From assembly GCA_015680685.1 (NCBI GenBank), contig MNCI01003447.1, positions 1-61,945 of the forward strand: a stretch of 61,945 nt of DNA. Reading direction: 5' to 3'. A model generated the notes under the pieces. That model saw nothing but the letters and a program-made list of their open reading frames with translations, searched no databases and was not told where the DNA came from. Source of the stretch: Gnetum montanum (lineage: Eukaryota > Plantae > Gnetophyta). Shown here one piece after another: positions 54,254-61,945 of the stretch; position 1 is the stretch's first letter, and every line of letters begins with the position of its first letter. A program made the translations under genes and the position numbers.

Positions 54254-55709
54254 TGAAACACTGTGAAAATTTCAAGGCCTCGGCGGTTCTGCAAAAGGCT
54301 GGTGATTCAGGCGAAGGGTTGCAACAAGGTGTGGCACAGTAAGCTCCTTTTCAGTTGAAGGTTTGTCCCACCCCACTGCGCAGCACAACATAAGCAAATT
54401 CCAGAGGATCGAGCAAAGTGACGAATGCACGGTGGCAAAACTCCCAACTTCGCAAGTTATCTGTTTCGAAAATCTTAACTTTTGGCAAATTACATTGTAT
54501 TAGGCTACAAAGCATAATATCACATTGTGCAGCGTAATATCAAATACAGTCCACAACAACATCAAGGATGGCAAACACGCAAGACTTCGATAGCCCAGTA
54601 AAAATCTCAAGGACTAAGCAACAGTCTGTAGTTTGATGCACATTTCAACAGGTTTTCTTTCCTGGTTAAAGGGCCCATTACACTGCTTTACACAGTGCAG
54701 CATGGTAAAAACCCCGAGAAAGATAGAAATAGAGGAAGCATGGCAACAACACTTCAACTTTTGCTGTTTCGTTATTTTACGCTGAATTACGCTATGATGC
54801 GTAATTCAGCGTAATGCAGCATAATTCAAGTAATGACATGCAAATTAGACATCAGTAGTTCATACGCAACAATACACTCTCTAACGTATTACAACATAAT
54901 CAAAGGACAGTCTATTGTCAAAGCTCACACGAGGGTAGTTTACGACTCGTTACGCAGCATAGCATCGTAAGCTTTAACAACAACACATTAAGTCAACGAC
55001 ACTTTATGAGGTCAGGAAAAACGTCACTTAAACCATGTTTTTCTCTTGACCCTGACCTTATAAATGCTCCAGTTGATGAAGATCATAGGAGGCTAGCAAA
55101 AATTTTTCTTTCAAGGTTGGCAAGAGAGCAAAAGAGAATCAGCGATCATGAGAATGTCGAAGGTGATTGACAAGAATTCTTGATCAGAAACAATCGGCTA
55201 CCGGATATTCTCCCAAGGGTCTAACTTCCTTGCACCCAGATTGGCTAGATCAAGGTAGATTGATCCTCGCTTGTTTCATCTTTGTATCATTTTCTCATTA
55301 CTGGCATATGCTTCGTCCAAACCGAAGCCCGCCTGAAGTCATTGTATCAAACATATTATTTTTTTTATAAATTAAATCCCAGATCTCGTGATCGTATTAT
55401 TTACCAAATCTGATCTCCTGCATCCTAGTTAGACGGATTTGGCAATCTTATCTAAATCATTTGTATTATCTTCAATTGCTTTCGGGATTAAAAATATTGC
55501 ATCACTTTATAAAGAATCTTCATTTCACCATCAAATTACTACAAAACCTTTTAGTGATTAAATAAGTCCTTGTCTGATCAGCAAGACCGTTCAGGGCACC
55601 CTAGATTTGTTTTTCTCTCCAGCAAGGTCCTCTCATGGATCCGGGGTTAGAACTATGTATGCAGACTTTCATTCGGTATTTCCAGCGACCGACGTTTTCT
55701 GTCATTACA
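54254..55709 (+). repeat. 3' LTR of element C
   Basis: TGAAACAC...CATTACA followed by the duplication CTTGT. Confidence 0.94.
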
Positions 55710-56520
55710 CTTGTGATGATGGGATAAGGATATGATGAGATAACAATAATGGTCATTAGAATGATGGTCATGAAGGCTAACAATGTATTCCAAGTGTTGA
55801 CATCATGGCTATAGCATGGTGGTGATATGGCTTGAAGTTTTGGCCAATTAAGATATGTGTTTGAGGACTTGATCACTTCACTCCAAGATTACTTTGGCCA
55901 CTGGGCTTTGAGGCTTTGTTGGTCATTTTGCATCTTAGCAATTAGCTTCCCCATATTTTTTTTATTTTTGGTGTGAGACATTCTTTAGGCCTCATTGCTA
56001 AGGTCAGTTTAACATAGTTTTCCCATTGAGTAAGTAGCATTACATCCTATAGACTTAGGGGGTTATTCCATGAAATGAGATGTGTTATGCTTGATGGACA
56101 TAATGGTTTTTCCACTGAATGAGCTATGTTACATTCAAGTGGCTTGAGGATAGAGTATGATGAAGAGATATCATATGGCTATACTGCATGAATGATGAAT
56201 GTAGGTTAACATTTTTCTCCAAGGTATAGAAGGTCATAATAAGGCCATAGGCTAGGCTCAAGGAGGAGTGCTAGATGGAGGGCAATGGTACAAGCATTCT
56301 TGCGAAAGTAGGACAAACTCACCAAATATTGCACATTGAGGTCATGGGATGACTTGCTACCATAATGATTTGTACCATTTGTAATGGCTCTAGGCTTTAT
56401 CCTACAAATATAAATCCAAGGGGAAAAAAACCAAGAAAACAGAGCATGTTATAACATTACAATGCATATAGGCCACATGAAATAATAAAACGAAACTACC
56501 CAAGTTACTAATGCTACCAG

Positions 56521-56591
56521 NNNNNNNNNNNNNNNNNNNNNNNNNNNNNNNNNNNNNNNNNNNNNNNNNNNNNNNNNNNNNNNNNNNNNNN
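56521..56591. other. Assembly gap (N run)
   Basis: Run of N followed by an inverted duplicate of 56157-56296. Confidence 0.98.
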
Positions 56592-56759
56592 CTTGTACCA
56601 TTGCCCTCCATCTAGCACTCCTCCTTGAGCCTAGCCTATGGCCTTATTATGACCTTCTATACCTTGGAGAAAAATGTTAACCTACATTCATCATTCATGC
56701 AGTATAGCCATATGATATCTCTTCATCATNAAAGTCATTGTTGAGTAGGATCACTTGTT

Positions 56760-59700
56760 AATGATCAGTAGATACATGTAATATGGATTTAGATAGGAAT
56801 GATTAATCAAATTAGCTAACTCATTCACATCCATATTAGCAATATTGAATGCTTCATTTGCATAGGCTTTTGTGATAAGGAAGGACCTTCCCAATTCAGT
56901 GAGAATTTCTTTGCACACTTGCAAATGGCTTTGAGGACTAGGTCACCTTCCTTGATCTTATGCATGGTCAAGTTATGGTGATGTAGCTACATCTACCTCT
57001 CTTGATAATGTTCAACATGATCAAGCACTTGCATACATTACTCCTCCATTGAGTCTAGGACCACTCTCTATAATTCCTTGTTATGTTCATCATTGATGAA
57101 GTCAGTCAAGGCTACTTAGAGTAATGGCACCTATAATTAAAGAGGTAAAACAACTTTATAATCATAAACTAAGCTATAAGGGGTTACAAAAGTTGTCATG
57201 TGATAGGTTCTTCTATAGACCCATAGTGCATGGACAAGCTGATCATGCCATTTGTGCTTGCTGTTATTAAGCATCTTATTGAGCAAGTTGATGATGGCCT
57301 TATTGCTTACTTCTGCATGTCCATTGGCTTGAAGGTAATAAGATGATGAAAAGGAATGCTTAATTCCTAGGTCATGATAGAAATATTTGGTTTTTTGGCT
57401 ACTAAATTATGGTCCATTGTCTATAACTATGATCATGGGTATGAAAAAATGGGCGAAAATGTTATCCAAGATAAATTTGTAGACTTTTTTAGATGTAGTC
57501 TTCTTTAGGGGAATAGCTTTAACCCACTTAGTAAAGTATTTGGTTATGGTGATGATAAAGCTATGCCCTACAGAAGACATAGGCATTATAGGTTCAATGA
57601 TATCTAACCCTCATCATTAAAATAGCCAAGTGATCTAAGTAGTATGCAACTCAGTTGATGATACATGTATAAGGTTTTTATGCCATTGGAATGTGTCATA
57701 ATGTTTAACCTTCTATAGGGAGTTACTTTTCATATGGGGCTAGTAATATCCTAACCATCTAATCTTAGTGACCATAGCTCTAGGTCCTATATATCCTCCA
57801 CAAATGCCTTCATGAACCTCCTCTAGGACTATTTTGGCTTCAATTTTACCCAAGCACTTCAACAATAGACCATCATAGGATCATTAACATAATGTGTTCT
57901 CACCTATGATGACATATTACTTTGATCTTTTGCATATAACATCCCTTTGAGCAATAGTTAGGCCTTGTGAAGATTCACCATGCATAAGGAAAAATTTGAT
58001 ATCATCATACCACTCCCTGGAAGGAGTAGTATGAAGTACAACCACAAAGGTATTCTTAGCATTATGCACAATGGGGATAACATAGTCCATGGTTAAGGTG
58101 GGCAACTTAGTAGACACATCTAATGTCACATTGAGGGCCAATGTTATTATTTTATTGGCTATGACATTTTTATTTTGGGGTATGTGTTAGATATCAATGT
58201 CTACAAACTGTTGTAACAATTACTTCCCTAGGTCAAGTAAGGTTCTAAATGTTTGGCTTTACATGCATAGACCTTGGTCACTTGGTTGATCACAAATTGG
58301 GAAATGCCTTTGATCATTAAGTATCTAATTCCTAGTTCATTATCTACCATCATCCCTCTGATCAAACCCTCATACTCTGCTATGTTGTTAGTACATGGAA
58401 ACTTAAAATGATAGGAGAAGGATCAATTTTCACTAGATGGGAATGTTATGATGGTAGTGGCACTAGCCTAATGGGCAGTTGAAGCTCTATCAAAGTGCAT
58501 GACCACCTCATAACCATCAAGCACTTGGCTAATGGTGTTTATGTGTTCATTAGGAAATTTAGGATCTATGGTTGCTTGGTCATCAATAGGTAAAACTATG
58601 AGTTATATGACTATATCTTGACCTTTTGTTGAGGATAGAAAAATGTAATGAAGGTCAAACTCCATGGTTATGGCTTTCAATTAGGCTATTCAACTACTTT
58701 CATATATGTTGGTCATTAAGGCTCTAAGCACATTATCTTTGCAAATGACATTGACTTGGCTTCTAAAGAGGTAGTGTCTCAACTTCTTCAATGAGAAGAC
58801 TAGTGCTAGACAATACTTTTCCACTTTAGTGTATCGAGTCTTGTGGGTAACTAATGCATGGCTAAGATAGTATACTGGCATCTCTACCCCATCCTCACAT
58901 TTCTAATAGAGTAGAGAGGTAATGGATGTGTTAGAGATGGTAAGGTAGATGTAAAATAGTTTACCCTCTTGCAAAGGATAGGTCATTGGTAGTTGTGTCA
59001 ACTCTTACTTAAGGTTTTTAAAGGCCTCTTGGCATTGAGTTGTCAACTCATAGAGAACCCCTTTCTTAAGAAAGTGTTGCATGGGCTATAACTTATCCGT
59101 AATCCTAGCAATGAACCTACAAATAAACTATAATTTTCCTTGTAATCCCTAAAGTTCCTTAAGATTGATAAGCACTACTAATCTAGATATGACCTTATCT
59201 TTATCATGATCAACACGTATCCATGCTTCAAATGCTACAAAGCTAAGCATCTTACTAGTCTTAACACCAAAGAAACATTTCTTAGGATTTAGCCAAAGCA
59301 TGTGAGGCATCATTTAAGTACAAGATCTAGGTCATTAGCATGGCCATTAGCCACTTTGGAATTAATGGCTATGTCATCTACGTAATTGTTGAGCAAACCT
59401 AGCATGTAATCACTGAAGATATAGGTCATGACTCATTGATACGTTGCTCCTATATTCTTAAGGCCAAAGGGCATTATAGTATAGAAAAAGCTACTCCACG
59501 TGGTCATGAAGGTCATGCTAAGTTGATGTTCTGGTTTGATCCTAATCTAGTTATATCTCAAGAACCCATCCATAAAGGATAACAAGGCATGTCCAGCTAT
59601 AGTATCGATAAGTTGATCAATACTAGGTAAGGGAAGTCATCCTTAATAGTTGTTTTATTTAGGTGCTAGAAATCAATGCAAATATGGACACTCCCATTTC

Positions 59701-60286
59701 TCTTAGGGACTACCACTATGTTGGACACCCATTCTACATAGTCAACAACCTTAATGAAACTAGCTTAGTAGAGCTTTGCGATCTCATCATGAACTACCAA
59801 GGCCAAATCAGGTCAAATCTTGCATACTTTTTACTTAACTAGTCTAATGCTTGGGTCTTGTATAATTTTGTGTTGTACAATGTGTGGGTCTAGGCCTAAC
59901 ATATCTTCATATGACCAAGGACCTTGATATTACCTTATAGAACCTTGGTTATGTCTTAAGCCTATTGAGGTTCCAATGAGAAACCTAGTTTTAGGGTTTT
60001 CTCCTCACCACTATGTGCTATGATAGGAATATTCACTAGAGAGTCTTCAATTATGTCACCCACCTATAAGGCAAGGGTTTTGACTAGGTTTTTAGGCCAT
60101 TCTAGAGCATTTATCTATTGAGGCTATGTGGCTGACAAGATTCTCAAGTTCAAGATCTAGGTAGTCAGGGTTGATACACCATTCTACATCACTATAAGGC
60201 CCACTTAGGGTCAAAGGTAGACTAATCTACTCCTATGTACTCATACTTTGACCCTACATGTCAACCATAGGCATATTAAGTGGCAC
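56760..60286 (-). pseudogene. pol: Decayed Tat-clade pol (element D): RT-RH-aRH-INT
   Basis: Minus strand reads WVSNIVVVPKKNGSVHICIDF, NYVDD (near 59380), PVYYLSHAL..RYTKVEKYCLALVFSLKKLRHYL, aRH MHFDRAS, and integrase YFTKWVKAIPL. Preceded by a pyrimidine tract and TAG acceptor at 60289-60287. Confidence 0.9.
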
Positions 60287-60487
60287 CTAGATAAAAGTAA
60301 ATAAACAATGCTAAGATGTTATACTATTATGCAAATACATGCTATTCTAATGCAAAGAAGATCATCTAAGGCTCTAAATAGAGTAGGATCAAGGAAGAAA
60401 AGTGCAATAAGGGACAAATGAAGGTCAATCAAAGGGAAGCATGAGACATAAGGCTACAAATAGTCAACAAGGGTTATAGTTTTACCA

Positions 60488-60560
60488 ATTTAAGGCCTTA
60501 GCAGGTCATGATGCTAATTTAAGGCCATAGCAAGCCATGATGCCAGTTTAAGGCCATAGT
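60488..60560 (-). repeat. Spacer repeats of element D (ATGGCCTTAAAYTRGCA, 3 copies)
   Basis: Reverse complement matches the unit of the 43672-44202 array in C. Confidence 0.7.
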
Positions 60561-61945
60561 GGATTGTAGTCACAGGGTGCCATATAGTGACCAGAGTAGG
60601 TCAAGAAGGTTAATAATATAACATAACGCTAAATAGAGCTAAATATGGCTATAAAAAAAAGAGAATATAAGGCTATGTAAAGGCCATACAAGGTCAAGAA
60701 GGTCAATAATACAACACAAGACTAAAAACAAGTCAAAACATCATGTTATAAGATCAAATCCAATAAAACCAGCTACATATGGATAAAATAGAATTATATT
60801 TCACCAATTTTAGGCCTTATTGGGCCATGATTTAGGGTTACAAGGCTCTTAGAAAATTTTTGGCATTAATCAGGGATGTTTCTGGGCTATTTAGACCTAA
60901 AAATCAAGAGTTTTGGGGCTTCCATGGTGGGTCCCGTTGTTTCCATGCTAGCCAGCATGGAAGGAGTGGCCCTAAATTTGGAAACCAAGGAAAGTATGTT
61001 TTAGGGAATATAGAAGTCCAAAATTAAGGTTCTGGGGCCTTCCCAAGGTAGCATAGGATTAGATGTGTCAAAAGTAGGGACTCTAAAGGTTGATAAAGGA
61101 AAAAAATAAGGCTTTGAAGCTTAACCCTCTTATTTCCACAGTAGCGAGTGTGGAAGGGAGGGGGATGAATGTGGAATATCATACTCCAAGAAAAAATAGG
61201 AACAAACAAGGTCAGAATGATAGCCAAAACCTAGATCTAGGAGTTGTGCATCTCCTAGCTTCATTTTGAGGCCATTTGAGTCAATTTTAAGTGTTATAAC
61301 AAATTGAAATTATTTTCCCCCATTTTCTCATGCTAAGTAAAACATGCCCAATGTGGAAGAATAAGGGTATAATTATTCTATGATTTTGGGATGTTTTGGA
61401 GCACATTAACTAGGTTTTGAGGCTCCTAGGGCTGTAGGTCATGATTTTCCAACTTTGTATCTAATTTTGGTCATGTTTACAAGGCATTTAAGGGTATCTA
61501 AGGTTTCACCCCTTTTTTTCCATGCTAAGGGAGTTCCTTCAGCATGAAATATTAAGCATAATGAGTTTTTAAGAAAAAAATAAAGTCAAATGGGCATAAT
61601 CTCAAGGCTATGAGATCCTAGGCTTCTTTAGTGTTGATTTTTAGTCTATGGGAGTGTCATCTTGTTACCAGAAGTGGAAAAGCAACTTTACTCCCTATTT
61701 CCATGCTACCCAGCATGGAAGGAGCCTTCTTTAGAGTGGATAGAACAAGAATCCTAGATTTAGGTCAATTCATGTCACAATCAACTATGAATTTCATCTC
61801 CTAGAGTTATCAGGGTCAAGGGCTAGGGTTTTCAATCAAAATTTGATAGTTTTGGATGTTCCTAAGTGGGATTTTGGGCTTTTTCCCTTTTTCCCATGCT
61901 ACGTATGGAGTGCCCAACGTGGATCCAATTGGGGAGATCAAAGGG

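Larger units (their letters stand above)
38056..55709 (+). mobile_element. Full-length Tat-clade Ty3/Gypsy LTR retrotransposon (element C, 17,654 bp) carrying an antisense cargo gene between protease and RT
   Basis: Paired LTRs of about 1.45 kb; CTTGT duplication (38051-38055 and 55710-55714); PBS; PPT; gag-PR; RT-RH-aRH-INT. Confidence 0.96.

Noticed and set aside
56157-56730. Near-perfect inverted repeat of about 140 bp (MITE or hairpin candidate)
   Set aside because: The second arm lies between an N gap and a single N, consistent with a scaffolding artefact.

Overview
Repeat-dense, heavily C>T/G>A-mutated plant-type genomic DNA made almost entirely of decayed, nested LTR retrotransposons; no host gene is evident. 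It holds: a full-length 17.65-kb Tat-clade Ty3/Gypsy element (C, 38056-55709; LTRs, CTTGT target-site duplication, tRNA-Asn PBS, domain order RT-RH-aRH-INT); a sister copy cut by the window start (A, 1-8577); a more distant minus-strand Tat pol (D, about 56760-60286); a full-length Athila-like element (B, 17042-26795); a chromovirus-like remnant with a 5S rRNA-derived segment upstream; a solo LTR; and a further Tat-like gag remnant. The main discovery is in element C. Its protease and RT are separated by about 5.7 kb, apparently an Ogre-type intron on the sense strand. The antisense strand of that spacer carries a multi-exon gene which, when spliced by hand, encodes an FCP1/SCP (NIF) HAD phosphatase-like domain with degenerate catalytic motifs, then a PMD/Transposase_32-like domain, then a coiled coil. 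Its first three exons, splice phases and a TATA-like box are conserved in copy A. All domain calls come from manual motif recognition, not database searches.
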